Assembly (NCBI GenBank): GCA_002269645.1
Contig: NIVC01001694.1
Span: 1 to 64,000 of the forward strand
Source: Macrostomum lignano
Lineage: Eukaryota
Direction of reading: 5' to 3'
DNA length: 64,000 bases
Of this stretch, positions 50,679 to 64,000 are shown piece after piece (the stretch's first letter is position 1; the number at the start of each line of letters is the position of its first letter). Position numbers and translations under genes: made by a program. The notes under the pieces are model-generated. The model saw nothing but the letters and a program-made list of their open reading frames with translations. It made no database searches and was not told where the DNA came from.

Positions 50679-52501
50679 GATGCCGGTGTACCATGAAGGG
50701 AGAGGTTAAAGAGGCTCCAGCTTCGGATGGGGTGCTTGCTACAGAGGTCTCCAAAATAAATAATCGCCAAGGAATATTTTCTTATTGTTGCATGTTTTCG
50801 ATAAGATTTTTTTCTCAACTTTTACACCCCTCAAAAGCAGTTTCATGGTGCGCTTTGAGCCATGCAAGACAGATTGGCTTTGAGCCATGCGGTAAAACCG
50901 AGCTGCAAAGATTCGATTGCTGTGATAAGGAAAGTTTTACGAGTACAGTAAAACACAACGCTCGTTTATCGACATTACTTATGATATGCCAGTATACTTT
51001 TTAAGGAGTAGAATAGCTAGATCGGGCGATTGCTATTGCGCACAGTTAAGAGACGCAAAAAGTTGGGTCTTAATGATTTTCATACCCTCAACATTCAAGT
51101 TTTAAACTCTACGCTTCAATTGAGCATGCTGTTTTGCTGTAAAGGTAAAAAGCAAGGTGAGGTGAACCTCTGTCTACGTCAGGAAGACAGACGGAGCACA
51201 GGAAAATAAATTAGCTGAGTAAACAATAAACAGCGATGACAAAAAATCTACATTCTCAGAAATCTCAGAAACGTGCTTCTAGGGAAGGAAAACAGAGTGA
51301 GACAGATTGCCTCAGCCTTTGCCTTTGCCTGCCTCAGCGTAAACAAGGCCATTGCAAGATGGCGACTCAACACTTAAAGCTGCTCAGAAAGAAATAGAAC
51401 GACCCGTGCGTCAACAATGAAAATACAACTATATGCTGCACTCGGCTGCTCTGCTTGTAAGATTCCACTCATATTCTACTCAACTCAGCTTGAGTCTTTC
51501 CTAAGCTAAATATCTTCAGTTTATTCAGCCCCAACTGCAGTGAGCACAGCACCCGCCCGCAGCCCTAAACATGCCATTCAGATTGGCCTGTGTGTGTCTG
51601 AGCTAAGCCCGTGAACTCAGTGTACTTTTATGTTATTTACCCAGCGAGAGCGCGGGAGAACTCAGCAGTGTATGTTTGCGCTTCACATTCTATCCGATCC
51701 AGTCCTCCCCCATTGTGGCGCACTTCCTATTGACAGAGTTGCCTCCACCAGCATTGTGGAGGCTTATCCCTGGCTGAGGCCGCTCTCAATGCCATTCCCA
51801 GCGATTGCGCAGAATGAGTAGCTTTTGTATGCGATACAGATTCAAAAGACAGTTGCTCCATCGTGCATGTGTATAATATTATTATCACTATTATAGCCCG
51901 TATATTTTGTTTTTTGAGAAGTGAATTCGCCTAAAAGCGGACCGAAGCACTTGAACAACTATAGCTAGAAGAAAAAGCGACGTGATTTCTACTCAAATCA
52001 CTACCGTACTGTAATTCTCTCCGAGTACAAAGTTAAAGAGATGTCAGAATAAAAAAATGATTCAAATCATACATGCGCAACAGTCGGCCGAGTCGGCCGA
52101 TCCGGCCGACCGATTTGGCGGCCAATCAAGGAAGTCGCAAAAATGCCCACCCAAAAAATAACCTGAGGAGTAGTACTAAGTAGCTGACGAGGCATTTTAG
52201 CTTAATAAACAGTCATAGTTACTCCTGCCGTTTACCCAAAGTTGCGTTAATTTTGCTTTCGGGTTTTTTTATATGTAAGTCGCATTTTTGGCCAAAAACT
52301 ACGTCGCATTTTTGTTAAAACTAAGTCGCACGGCTGACCGAATTTTGGAGGTTGCACATGTATGATTCAAATTACAAGTTGCTAGAAAAGTGCCAAAAAG
52401 TTGCATACACAGCAAACAGAGTATACGAATAGAAAGCGTATAGAAAAAGCAAATGTTATTCTATCGACACGTGGGTGTCCGTCGCAGTCCGCATTACAAT
52501 T

Positions 52502-53212
52502 TTACTTCTTATTGTAGGTGTCCATGTTCTTGTAGCCGCCGACGTATCCTTCCGCGGCCTTCTTGTCGGCGACGTACTCGCGACCCTCCTTGCCTTTGCC
52601 TTTGCCTGTGTCGGCGTCAAAGCGCTCCTTGTGAGCTCCCGTGTAGCCTTTGACGTCAGTCAGACGAGAGGTGGCGTCGTCTTTGCTAGCAGCCTGAAAG
52701 CAGTTTCGTAGCGAATTGGTGAAACTACGTGTACTCAAAATACGCTGATATGTGCAATGAATTGATCTACATGTAACAGAATGATTCTTTACAGTTGCTC
52801 CGTGGGCAGACGGCTTGTTATCAGCGATCAGCTTCTTCACATCCGCCTCGGCTTTAGCGGCGTCGGAGACCTTCTTCTTGGTGGCCGCCTCGGCGCAGAA
52901 GTGCGTGATGAAGGCGCAAAAGTTATTGTAGTCGAGGTCGCTGGAATGGGTGAGAAAGTTTTAGTAGAAATGCTATGAAACAAGTTATTGCTTCGGAATG
53001 CTAACGGTGGGATCGGGCGATCTTTACCCCTTCAGCTTGGCCTTTCCCTTGTAGGAGGAAATGGAAATGTCCATATCGTTCGAAGTCATCTTAAGAGCTG
53101 GGAAGACCTTGCAGTCGGTGAAGATCTTCTTGATCGTCTTGTCGCTGGCCTTGTCTGAGCCTTTCTTTGTGGCATCGCAGAAAGCGAGAAAGCTGGCTTT
53201 GCAGTCGGCCAT
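52502..53212 (-). CDS. TPPP: tubulin polymerization-promoting protein (TPPP/p25-alpha family), 174 aa
   Basis: Exons 53212-53028, 52940-52793 and 52693-52502 with matching phases. C-terminal signature [38 protein letters not shown]. Confidence 0.93.
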
Positions 53213-53992
53213 GACTAGTTCTTGTCAACTGATCTGCTTTGGAAATTTGAAACTTTATTACACGCGCGTTTTGTGTGCCGGTGGGGCTCCAGTGCCATTG
53301 TGTGTGCGCTTTTATCTCCGAGGTTTCTACAGCGGAGTGGGTGAGGGGGCAGCAGTGGGTGCGGCCAAGCCCCAGCCACTCAGCTAATAGCTGCATGGAC
53401 AGTCTGCGCGGCTTTCGGGCTGTGTGAGTGCGCTGTTGCTATGGTCAACAGTACTTGAATGCTTGTTGGCTGCAGGGTTGATTTTCATAAATAAACAACT
53501 GGCAACGTTTAGTGGACAGTCCAGTATGCACGGGGCACGAACTAGCGTTGCATAAATACACGTTGTACTACTACTAAAAACAGAATATGTAGGATATTAT
53601 AGAGAAAATTATAAGTTTGCAACTCACAGCTCAGCCGCAGCTATCGCGCTGCGTACGGCTGCGTACGGCTGTTCAGTCCAAGGACTTGAGAAGTCGCCAC
53701 ACACATACATCCCAGTGTTATGGCACTATATATATTATGTTATTTCATGTATTTATCCCCTATTCAAATCTTTCTAATTGCTCCTATTAAGGGTTCCTGT
53801 CTCAGTCCGGGCGTTACTCCGGTCAAAAGGTCACAGTTTACTCTCTTCCAAATATTCTGCCTAAGGTGAGTTCTTGGGTTCTTCTCAAGAATAGTAAAAT
53901 AACGCAACTTAGCCACTTACGAGTGTAAGATCTGTCGCTTTTCATCGATTGAGTGGAATTTTAACTGGAAATATTAAAAGAACACGTAGAAA

Positions 53993-55528
53993 GGGCCTGT
54001 CAACTTAAGCTCATAAAGTGGAGCCCGAGTAACCTATGTACCAGATACACAAACGATTCGTCATTCTGCTCACAGTGACACCAGGGGGGTGGGGACTCGT
54101 CACGCAACTATTGTATAATCATAGCAAAATATAGCAAACATGATATAGACAATATGAGCCATGAGAAAATGCTTTTAAGTTTAGGAACAAGGATAAAGGC
54201 TAGGGCACCTGGACGTGTCACCTGGACGTGTCACCTGGACGTGTCATCTGGACGTGTCATCTGGACGTGTCATCTGGACGTGTCACCTGACCGAGTCTGG
54301 ACGGCAACGAGAGGACCCAATGTGAGCCTGGAGCGAGGGGACCAAAGTTATAAGAACTAAGACCCCAACGTTGCGGACGCTAGCCTTTGTCTAAGACACC
54401 CAACGTAGCTCGGCTCGCACCATCAGTAGCAGCAGCATCAACGATCTCAGCAGTAACGCACATCAAAAATCAGCTGATCAGCCCAGGACAGCAAGACCAG
54501 TTCAGCAGGAGCTCATTGTGCTTCCCACGCTTAATTGTCTGCAAAAGTGAAAGTTGAGAAATTTCAGCCGTCTGAAATTGGCTTGCACTCAGAACGTCGT
54601 GTTCCCACGAAAACTGCTGAAATCAGCGCCAAAGATCTGCCACAGCGATACAGCTGCAACACTGGTGGATGCACGACGGCCGGGTCCGATCGAGCCGTGT
54701 TCCAATGAAACTGTCATGCAGGCGTCCAAACTTTCTCATCAAATCCTATGTCTAGGAAGGCTAGTAATTCCCAGACTTTCTAGCCATTCGAAATCTTTTG
54801 CTACGATTGCAATTGGTTACAAATAATGTTGAATGAGGCAGTTTTATTATAAATACGAGCGCGGATAAGCGCGCAAAAGAATAAATTTTCATCTTGCGGC
54901 CTAACAACTTGCGGCCTAACAGCTTGTGGCCTAACAGCTTGCGGCCTAACAGCTAGTGGCCTAACAACTTGCGGCCTAACAGCTTGTGGCCTAACAGCTT
55001 GCGGCCTAACAGCTAGTGGCCTAAAAACTTGCGGCCTAACAGCTAGTGGCCTAACAGCTTGCGGCCTAACAGCTAGTGGCCTAACAGCTTGCGGCCTAAC
55101 AGCTAGTGGCCTAACAGCTTGCGGCCTAACAGCTAGTGGCCTAACAGCTTGCGGCCTAACAGCTAGTGGCCTAAAAACTTGCGGCCTAACAACTTGCAGC
55201 TTGGCAACTTGCGATCGAAACTTGCAGTTGAACAGAAGAGCCATTGAAATTACTCGTATAAGACTTCTTCTGCACATATTGAAATTAAAAAGGGCAAACT
55301 ACAAACTAGATGCCCATATACAACATTCAACAATGCCTTAATTACCTTATGAGATTAAGTTCACATTAGTCCCTAATTGTCCATTTGCTTGTTCTCTCCT
55401 ATCCCAGGTCCAATTTTGTAACTTTTTTGCCAAATTTAACTTTCTGGTGTCAATGTGAGCAGAATGACGTGTCATTTGTGTACATAGGTGACTCGGGCTC
55501 CACTTTGTGAGCTTAAGTTGACAGGCCC
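53993..55528. mobile_element. non-autonomous TIR element, possibly Kolobok-like
   Basis: Imperfect ~85-90-bp TIRs (GGGCCTGTCAACTTAAGCTCA.AAAGTGGAGCCCGAGT.ACCTATGTAC...) at 53993-~54085 and ~55444-55528. The right end is followed by TTAA; the left flank reads GAAA. Internal 13-bp (54205-54290) and 15-bp (54895-55200) tandem arrays. No transposase. Confidence 0.7.
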
Positions 55529-55908
55529 TTAAAAACTCCTACTAGATGTAAAACAACTAAGCTTTCATTTGAAGACACTGTGAGACTCTTGCCAATTTAT
55601 GACCTTATCAGAGTACCAGTGAATTTTTTCTGCAATGTACGTGTCTATCTCTCGCAAATGTCTACGAAAAATGATTTGGTCAAAACACTACTCACCGAAC
55701 TGTTTTCTCTAAAAACGGCTTTCTCAAATCGACTTAAAGATATAGCAAGTAGATAAACAAACCTTAGAGTCAAGTTCAGAGAGTATTCGTTTGAAATCTG
55801 CCTAGAAACGACCTTTGCTCAAGTTCATTAGACTAAAATGAATATATGAGTAGGGAAGGTGAAAAAGTTTCGATACTGTTATCGAGTTAAATTCAATCCG
55901 ACCAAAAA

Positions 55909-57558
55909 ATGCTCAGCACCTTCTCATTTGGGCTTGCCGTGGCTGTCCTAGCCGTCTGCGCCTATGCCTACATCAAGCGAGCTCTCAGCAAGTCGCCTCC
56001 GGGCCCTGTCGGCGTTCCCGGCTTCGGCCTGCTGCCTCTGGTCATGTGGCGAACTGCCAACGACAAGCGCTACCGACTTTTCCTGCTGATGCAGGAGATC
56101 CAGAAGAAGTTCGGAGACCTTGCCTCATTTCGACTCGGAACCCAAGAGTTTATCTTAGTGTCCGGTTATCCAGCTTTGCGCGAGATGTTCGTAACGCATG
56201 CAGATAAGTTCAATGGCCGGTCGAACACCAACTTTCACAGGTTTCTCTTCAAAGAGGCCGGAATTGTTGGCTCTGAGGGCGCTCTGTGGCAGGAGCACAG
56301 ACGCTTTGCACTTCGTGTTCTCAAGGACTTCGGGTTCGGTCGAAACGCTTCGGAGGAACACATCCAGGATGAGGCTGGGCAAGTCGTGAACTTTCTGAGG
56401 TCGAAGGAAGGTCAGCTGGTTGATCCACGAGACTTCATCAGCAAGGCCGTGGCCAATGTGGTCACTCGGTTCATCTTCTCCAACTTCAGTAGCTATGAGG
56501 ACCCCGAGTTCAACGAGTTTCTAGGAAAGCTCGGAAGTCTGACTAACCAAAACCTTGTGGGCCTGATCACCGCATTCTATCGGTTCATGCCAGTCGAAAC
56601 GGCGCTCGCCTTGTCTCCAGCAAACAAGAAACAGTTCGACGCTATTACGTGGGTCGAGGACCTCAGCAAACGAAAAGTGGAGGAGATCCGCAGCAAGTAC
56701 AATGTCGACGACGAGCCCAGCAACTATGTGGAGGCTTATCTGCAAGAGCAGCACAGACGGGGCGTCGACCTGGGAACATTCACCGACTTCCAGCTGGTGA
56801 AGACCATCTGGGAGCTGTACATCGCAGGCGTCGACACGACCAGCAACACCCTCGGTTGGAGTCTGATTTACGCGGCGCTGAACCCGGAGCTGCAGGACCG
56901 CTGCCACGCTGAGATCATGGCCAAGATCGGCAAGCGACAAGCCAGCCTGAAGGACAAGAAGGAGCTGCACTACTGCCAGGCGTTTCTGGACGAGTGTCAA
57001 CGCATTTCTACTCTTGCTCCGATGTCTGTCGACCATCGGGCTATTGAGGTATTGTATATACTCTTAGGGGGGAATTCTATGTGTACTGTCAGAAATCCTT
57101 ATTAATAGTATAAGAACATTAGCTGAATGTACACTTAGGAGCACTTGCTATATCTTAAAGTATAATCTTTGATATCCTACTTTGCACAGGACACGGAGTT
57201 CAGTGGCTACAACATCTCCTCCGATGCCATGATCTTCGTCAACCTGTACGGCCTTCATCATGACGAGCGATACTTCCCCAACCCGGACAAGTTCGATCCT
57301 GACCGCTTCCTTACTCCGGAGGGTCAGTACAAGGCGTCGGAGTATTTGAATCCGTTCGGAATCGGCAAGCGCTCGTGTCTCGGAGAGGTTCTGGCTCGCA
57401 TGGAGGTGTTCTTGTTCTTCGTGACCTTCATGCAGCACTTCCGATTCGAAGCGGACTCGTGGACTGCGGAGCAGCGGGAGCAGATCCTGCTGGGCACTGA
57501 GGGCGTCGTCCATGCGACCATCGAGCACCGGCTGAAGGTGGCGAACCGTGAAAATTAG
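55909..57558 (+). CDS. cytochrome P450, clan 2-like, 502 aa
   Basis: Exons 55909-57048 and 57190-57558 (phase 0). Motifs: N-terminal anchor, PPGP, WQEHR, AGVDTT, ECQR, PDRF, heme motif PFGIGKRSCLGE. Intact. Confidence 0.96.
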
Positions 57559-58091
57559 GGACTTTAAATTCTAAAATAAAAATACTTTCCGATTTAAACT
57601 GCAGAGTCAGTTTGGGCATTGTGTCAGCCTCACAAGTTGATGGCGAAGGACCTTCTGCAACCCAAGGCGCGATATCAGTAATGAATGCAGCGTTTACTTT
57701 CAGTGGTTAGAGCAAGAATTTCTGTAGATTATGTGCGATTGAAAGGCAAATTAGTTGCTTTACTATGAAGGAAAATTTCTAATATAGTTTCTTTTTCAAA
57801 AGCTATAAAAATGAAGAGACTTGTTTACTTGGAAAGATTTTTTGGACGATTGTTTCTTCTTTGCAGATTTACTTACAATAAATAAAAACTTCTAATTTTT
57901 TACAAAAAACCTGTCGATAAGTTTTGTTAATTTTTTATATCTTTACAAACCCGCTTCACGGTTTTTTCAGACTCGTTGTACTTATTGATGCACGCTCGCA
58001 AAGCAAATAATTTCTCTACTTTGCTTCTGCCCTCTATCAGATGTGATATTTCGGCAGTGCTTACAGTTTGCTCCTCGGTCACTCGGTTCCG

Positions 58092-61000
58092 TCGGTCGCA
58101 TTCCATCGTTAATATCCACCGCTCTGGCTTTTATTCTTATACTAATATGCTTGCTCATCTTTGATCTTAAGTACTGAAATACATTCGCTTTGACGGCTTT
58201 GCCGATACAGCTAATCCGTTGTTCCGGTCACCACAATAGCGTCGCAGCTTGAACCGCTGGTCCTTACAGAAGCAGAACGAGCATCGACGTGGCTTACCGC
58301 GTTTCGCGCACTAGCTCGCGCGAAAGGCTGGTCTGATGAAGACAACAATCGACAGATTTCCGACAACTTTATTGCTACCTGTGGTCTGCAAACTCTGGAA
58401 AAGCTGAGCCTATTAATCGCACCAAAGGAGGTGGACACAGTCAACTTTGCCACGATGGAAGAAGCTATAACAGCATATCTGAAACCAAAGTCCAAGTTGA
58501 TTCTAGCTGAGCAGACTCGCTTTTACACTCTCCGCCAAGCTCATGGAGAGAAACTGCCTGATTTCCTGGCGCGTTTGCGACAGGCCGCTCGGCACTGCAA
58601 TTTCGGCTATCCATACGGTTCAGGCTGAGAGCCTCCCTGCCCTTTCGCAGGGGCAGTCTAGCGGCGAAATTCTTCAGCTCGAAACCACCGACTCGATCCA
58701 CTCAATGGAAGAAGCCAAAGAGCAAATCATCGTTGATGGAATATCGATTCCAATGCAACTGGACACGGGCGCGGCAATCAGTGTGCTGTCTTCAAAACTC
58801 TGGGAGCGCCTCGACCGCCCGGCGCTGCTTCGCTGCCAGCGCCGCCTGCAAGCTTGACGGGCATGAGATGCAAGTACTGGGATAGTTGTCAACCGCCATC
58901 GAATTTCGCGGGCGGCTGCACCCGGTGGATCTGATTGTGGTTTAAGCCTCGAAGCCATTTGGCTTGCTTGGACGGGACCTTATCCATGCTGACTAAGTGT
59001 TCAGCACTTCTGCAGCGTGTCAGCCCAATCTAGCACCAGTGCCACCACCGACACGTCTACCCAAAATCAAGGGTGTGAAGGCAACTATGCAACTAGTCGA
59101 TGGCGCTCAGCCCAGATTCTGCCGGGCCCGCCTAGTTCCCATTGCTATGGAGGCTGCGGTAAATTCCGAGCTGGAGAGATTGCAAGCTCTAGGCGTCATC
59201 GAACCTATTGAGGGCCCGGTGAGTAACGCTTCGCCTGTTGTTTGGGTGAAAAAAAGGATGGGTCGCTCAGAATGTGCGCTGACTACAGCGTCCACGTCAA
59301 CGCCCAGATAAAATCCGACGCGTACCCCATCCCGAACGTTGAGTGCCTATTCGCAAAACTGAAGAATGCGAAGAAATTTGCCTCCATCGATTTGCGATCT
59401 GCTTACTGGCAAATAGAGCTCGACGAGAATGCTCAGGACCTGTCGACTATCAACACGTCAAAGGGCTTTTTCGAGTCAACCGCCTTCAAATGGGCATGAA
59501 AAATTCATCCTTCATTTTCCAACGAGCCATGGAAAACATCCTTCATGACCTTAAGGGCGTGCTCGTTTACCAGGACGATGTGCTTATTTTTGCCGAGAAC
59601 TCATCCTCACTCAGCAAACGGCTGCAGGCCGTGAAGACTAGACTGCGCGAAAAAAATGTCACTATCAACGAGGATAAATGCTCTGCGGAGTGTGTCGAAA
59701 TATCGTTTCTAGGTTTTCGAGTCTCTGCTTCTGGAATTCGACCGGACGACAGACTCGTCAAGAAGATCTTGGACATAGCCACGCCTTCAAACCGCAAGGA
59801 ACTGGAGCAGTTTCTCGGTCTAGTTAATTTCTTTGGCCGGCTGGTCCCAAACTTTGCTGGCAAAACGAAATGTTTGCATAACCTCCGGCGTGATGACGCC
59901 ACATTTGTTTGGTCAGCCGAGTGCGATAGAGCGTTTATAGCGTTAAAAAGGGAAATCTCGTCGGCACCCGTGGTCCAGCCATACTCGCTGGAGAAGGAGT
60001 TATCGCTCACAACTGATGCTTCCAAAGGTGCACTTGCCGGCGTCGTCACGCAAGACGGTCACCCAGTAATATTCATATCTCGTTGTTTGTCCAGCGCCGA
60101 AAAGAACTATTCGAACATCGAACGGGAAGCGCTGGCCATATTCTGGGCCGTCAATCGTCTCAAGCATTATCTCATGGGCCGAAAATTCACCATACAGACA
60201 GATCACCAACCTTTGATTTGTCTGTTTGGCCAGTCGCGTGGCGTGCCCACCAACATATCTGTTCGCATCTCGAGATGGGCACTTGCAATGATGCACTATG
60301 ACTACGAAATTCAATACACGCCAGGGTCCCAAACACCTCACGCAGACGCTCTGTCTCGTTTACGCTTTACTGACCCGTCGGCAGACACGGCAGAGCTGTC
60401 CGATGCTATAAACTGCGTCGCGTTTGAGACGCCCATGGTACCACAGCACCGCATTCTAGCAGAATTGGAGATGGATCCAGTTATTCAGAGCGTAATTAAT
60501 CGTGTTAAAACTGGAAGAGTGGACGGGCTGCTCTCAGGCGGAAAGACCCTTCGCTAAGGTTTCTGACAGCCTCACCATTGAAGGTGGTCTACTTGTTCAT
60601 GGACGTCGCATATTTATTCCGCCACGCCTGAGAGCCGAGGCATTCCACACTGCACACACCACCCACTCAGGCTACATCTCCGCCTACAATTACATGGCCT
60701 GGTGGCCAGGAATGCGCGCAGATTTTGAACGCTTCGTCCGTAACTGTCCGATCTGCAATCAGTTGCGACCAAGATTATCACAAGAACGACACGCATGGCC
60801 ATCTGCCGAGTACGCTTTCCAAAAACTGCATAAAGGATTGGGCCTTTGTACAGCGCGGGGAAGCATATTAATAATCGTCGATACTTTCTCAGGATGGATT
60901 GAAGCGTTTCCATGCAAGGACCGCTCCTCAAAATCTGTAATCTCATCGCTTCGGACCGTATTCACTCGTTTCGGAATCCTTGAGTTGCTGGTCTCCGACA

Positions 61001-61999
61001 ATGCTCCAGAGTTTACTAGCGACCAAGTGCGCCTCTGGCTGAAGGCAAATGGGGTTCGCAAACTCGAATCGCCAACATATTACCCCCAGGCTAATGGAGC
61101 TGCCGAACGGGCCGTGCAAACTGTCAAGCGCGCCCTGCGTGCCTGGGATGATCGCATAACCCACACAGAGTTCACCCCGTTTTTACAGAGAGTTCTGCTG
61201 CACCACCGAGTTTCATCGCACACTCGTGGAAAGAGCCCGGCCGAGTTGGTCTTCGGTCGGCCAATCCGAGTCCCTGTGGTCTCGCCATTCCAGCAAGGTG
61301 AGAGCGTGCTGTATCAGTTGACCAACGATGAGCTGCCTAAACGTGTAGAGTACGTCATGCGCCAAGGCCGCAACACCGCTTGGATTTGCGATGGAGATAA
61401 CTTGCGCCTCGCCAGTACCAACCAGCTAGCACCAGACCCGAACCAGGATCCGGAGGAGGATGCCGCTGATAGCTCCGGGAATGCCACAGATGCGGACCTG
61501 GAAACGCAGCCCGAAAGCACAACCGGCCGTCAGGAAGACCCGGTGGCCCCTGCTGAGTCTTCAGGCGCATCCCCACGTCGAACCAATCGCCGGCGGCGGG
61601 ACCCCGACCGCTTTGCTCCGTGACCGACAATCACGTGTCATTGTTTGAAATGTTACGACATGCTAAACAGCCTCTGATAACACTATAGCGTATGTTCTCG
61701 CCTCGGCTAATTGACAACAAAGTATTAGGAAATGTTCTTACCGTTCGTATCAATGTTCACGTCACTCCCGTTACAGGGGGACATGACGCAGCCCCAGTCG
61801 AAGCTTGTCACACTAGTATATAGTCTATGGCTATATCTCCCGCTCTACAGTTCCCTCGGTCGCATACCATCGTTAATATCCACCGCTCTGGCTTTTAATC
61901 TTATACTAATATGCTTGCTCATCTTTGATCTTAAGCACTGAAATACATTCGCTTTGACGGCTTTGCCGATAGAGCTAATCCGTTGTTCCGGTCACCACA
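58092..61999 (+). mobile_element. decayed Gypsy/Ty3 LTR retrotransposon with truncated 5' LTR
   Basis: Domain order is gag fragment, protease (LDTGAAISV), RT (YQDD), RNase H (TDAS, EREALAI, DALSR), integrase (IIVDTFS, LVSDNAPEFTS, PQANGAAERAV). Several stops and frameshifts. A ~144-bp direct repeat ending CCACA lies at 58092-58235 and 61856-61999. Confidence 0.93.
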
Positions 62000-62204
62000 A
62001 TACCTTTATAAACCCGTTTCACGGTTTTTCAGACTCGTACTTATTGATACATGCTCGCAAAGCAAAGAATTCTCTACTTTGCTCCTGCCCTCTATCAGAT
62101 GTGATTATTTCGGCAGTGCCTACAGTTTGCTCAGTGCCGTACGCAGCAGTTCAATTTGATGAGGCCGCCAACCAAAGGACCATGCAAGTTTTTTGGGCGC
62201 CCAT

Positions 62205-63745
62205 GTCTCTTGGTGGGCGTCCCTGTCTCTTGGTGGGCATCCCTGTCTCTTGGTGGGCGTCCCTGTCTCTTGGTTGGCGCCCCTGTCTCTTGGTGGGCGT
62301 CCCTGTCTCTTGGTGGGCGTCCCTGTCTCTTGGTGGGCGCCCCTGTCTCTTGGTGGGCGTCCCTGTCTCATGGTTGGCGCCCCTGTCTCTTGGTTGGCGC
62401 CCCTGTCTCTTGGCGGGTGCCCCTGTCTCTTGGTGGGCGTCCCTGTCTCTTGGTGGGCGCCCCTGTCTCTTGGTGGGCGCCCCTGTCTCTTGGTGGGCGT
62501 CCCTGTCTCTTGGCGGGTGCTCCTGTCTCTTGGTGGGCGTCCGTGTCTCTTGGTGGGCGTCCCTGTCTCTTGGTGGGCGTCCCTGTCTCTTGGTGGGCGT
62601 CCTTGTCTCTTGGTGGGCGTCCCTGTCTCTTGGTGGGCGCCCCTGTCTCTTGGTGGGCGTCCCTGTCTCTTGGTGGGCGCCCCTGTCTCTTGGTGGGCGT
62701 CCCTGTCTCTTGGTGGGCGTCCCTGTCTCTTGGTGGGCGCCCCTGTCTCTTGGTGGGCGCCCCTGTCTCTTGGTGGGCGTCCCTGTCTCTTGGCGGGTGC
62801 CCCTGTCTCTTGGTGGGCGTCCGTGTCTCTTGGTGGGCGTCCCTGTCTCTTGGTGGGCGTCCCTGTCTCTTGGTGGGCGTCCTTGTCTCTTGGTGGGCGT
62901 CCCTGTCTCTTGGTGGGCGCCCCTGTCTCTTGGTGGGCGTCCCTGTCTCTTGGTGGGCGCCCCTGTCTCTTGGTGGGCGTCCCTGTCTCTTGGTGGGCGT
63001 CCCTGTCTCTTGGTTGGCGCCCCGGTCTCTTGGTGGGCGTCCCTGTCTCTTGGTGGGCGCCCCTGTCTCTTGGTGGGCGTCCCTGTCTCTTGGTGGGCGT
63101 CCCTGTCTCTTGGCGGGTGCCCCTGTCTTTTGGTGGGCGTCCCTATCTCTTGGTGGGCGCCCCTGTCTCTTGGTGGGCGCCCCTGTCTCTTGGTGGGCGT
63201 CCCTGTCTCTTGGCGGGTGCCCCTGTCTCTTGGTGGGCGTCCGTGTCTCTTGGTGGGCGTCCCTGTCTCTTGGTGGGCGTCCCTGTCTCTTGGTGGGCGT
63301 CCTTGTCTCTTGGTGGGCGTCCCTGTCTCTTGGTGGGCGCCCCTGTCGCTTGGTGGGCGTCCTTGTCTCTTGGTGGGCGTCCCTGTCTCTTGGTGGGCGC
63401 CCCTGTCGCTTGGTGGGCGTCCCTGTCTCTTGGTGGGCGCCCCTGTCTCTTGGTGGGCGTCCCTGTCTCTTGGTGGGCGTCCCTGTCTCTTGGTTGGCGC
63501 CCCGGTCTCTTGGTGGGCGTCCCTGTCTCTTGGTGGGCGCCCCTGTCTCTTGGTGGGCGTCCCTGTCTCTTGGTGGGCGTCCCTGTCTCTTGGCGGGTGC
63601 CCCTGTCTCTTGGTGGGCGCCCCTGTCTCTTGGTGGGCGTCCCTGTCTCTTGGTGGGCGTCCGTGTCTCTTGGTGGGCGTCCCTGTCTCTTGGTGGGCGT
63701 CCCTGTCTCATGGTTGGCGCCCCTGTCTCATGGTTGGCGCCCCTG
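62205..63745. repeat. 20-bp minisatellite (CCCTGTCTCTTGGTGGGCG[T/C])
   Basis: About 77 units; source of four 478-614-aa ORFs. Confidence 0.98.
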
Positions 63746-64000
63746 TCTCCTGCACGCGAAGGCGTATTCAGCATGCCAGTAAGTATGAGACAGACTAGGC
63801 CCATGGGCTAAGGTCTGCGATGCTTTATGCCTGCGCCTTTTTTCAGCAGGTCAAGGCTGGTGGGAGGTCTGCACCCTCTATTTGCCTCTGGCAGCCGCAG
63901 ACCCCCCCCACGCTGTCTCGCAAGCCGACCCAGGGTACTCGTCTCCACGTGTGTTCAAGGCAGACCCTAGGGCTGCCGGACTGACTGGGCTCCGGCGCTG

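Noticed and set aside
48619-50709. 696-aa ORF and neighbours
   Set aside because: Translation of a stop-free minisatellite. The same peptides rotate through all three frames because units are not multiples of 3.
52081-52336. Possible hAT-like terminus with GTCGCATTTTT subterminal repeats
   Set aside because: No matching second TIR or TSD found.
61954-63811. Four ORFs of 478-614 aa
   Set aside because: A 20-bp satellite without stop codons; three frames are open for trivial reasons.

Overview
This is eukaryotic (animal) genomic DNA with GT-AG introns, not a prokaryotic locus. The gene content and extreme minisatellite density are consistent with a free-living flatworm such as Macrostomum lignano (inference, not verified). 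Genes reconstructed by hand, left to right: the 3' part of a DEG/ENaC channel (+); a possible small unknown gene (-); a TTLL10-like tubulin ligase (-); three tandem M13/neprilysin-like copies (+; one near-intact, two decayed with HExxH changed to YExxH); BCKDK (-); an 8-exon, 831-aa ankyrin + GH20-fold protein lacking the catalytic Asp-Glu pair (-); CLIC (-); TPPP/p25-alpha (-); and a clan-2 cytochrome P450 (+). Mobile DNA comprises a mariner DD34D element and a hAT-type non-autonomous element (each inserted inside a minisatellite), a 5'-truncated RTE-like LINE with a TSD, a Kolobok-like TIR element, a decayed Gypsy element with an unusual X-Y...Y-X terminal arrangement, and a ~100-bp dispersed hairpin repeat. 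About 20 tandem arrays cover roughly 16 kb (~25%) and explain nearly all long low-complexity ORFs in the track. Many single-base deletions in homopolymers, mostly in the first ~23 kb, look like long-read consensus errors. I found no CRISPR array, rRNA or tRNA gene. I found no clearly new multi-gene system; the best leads are the ANK-GH20 pseudoenzyme, the M13 cluster and the odd retroelement ends.
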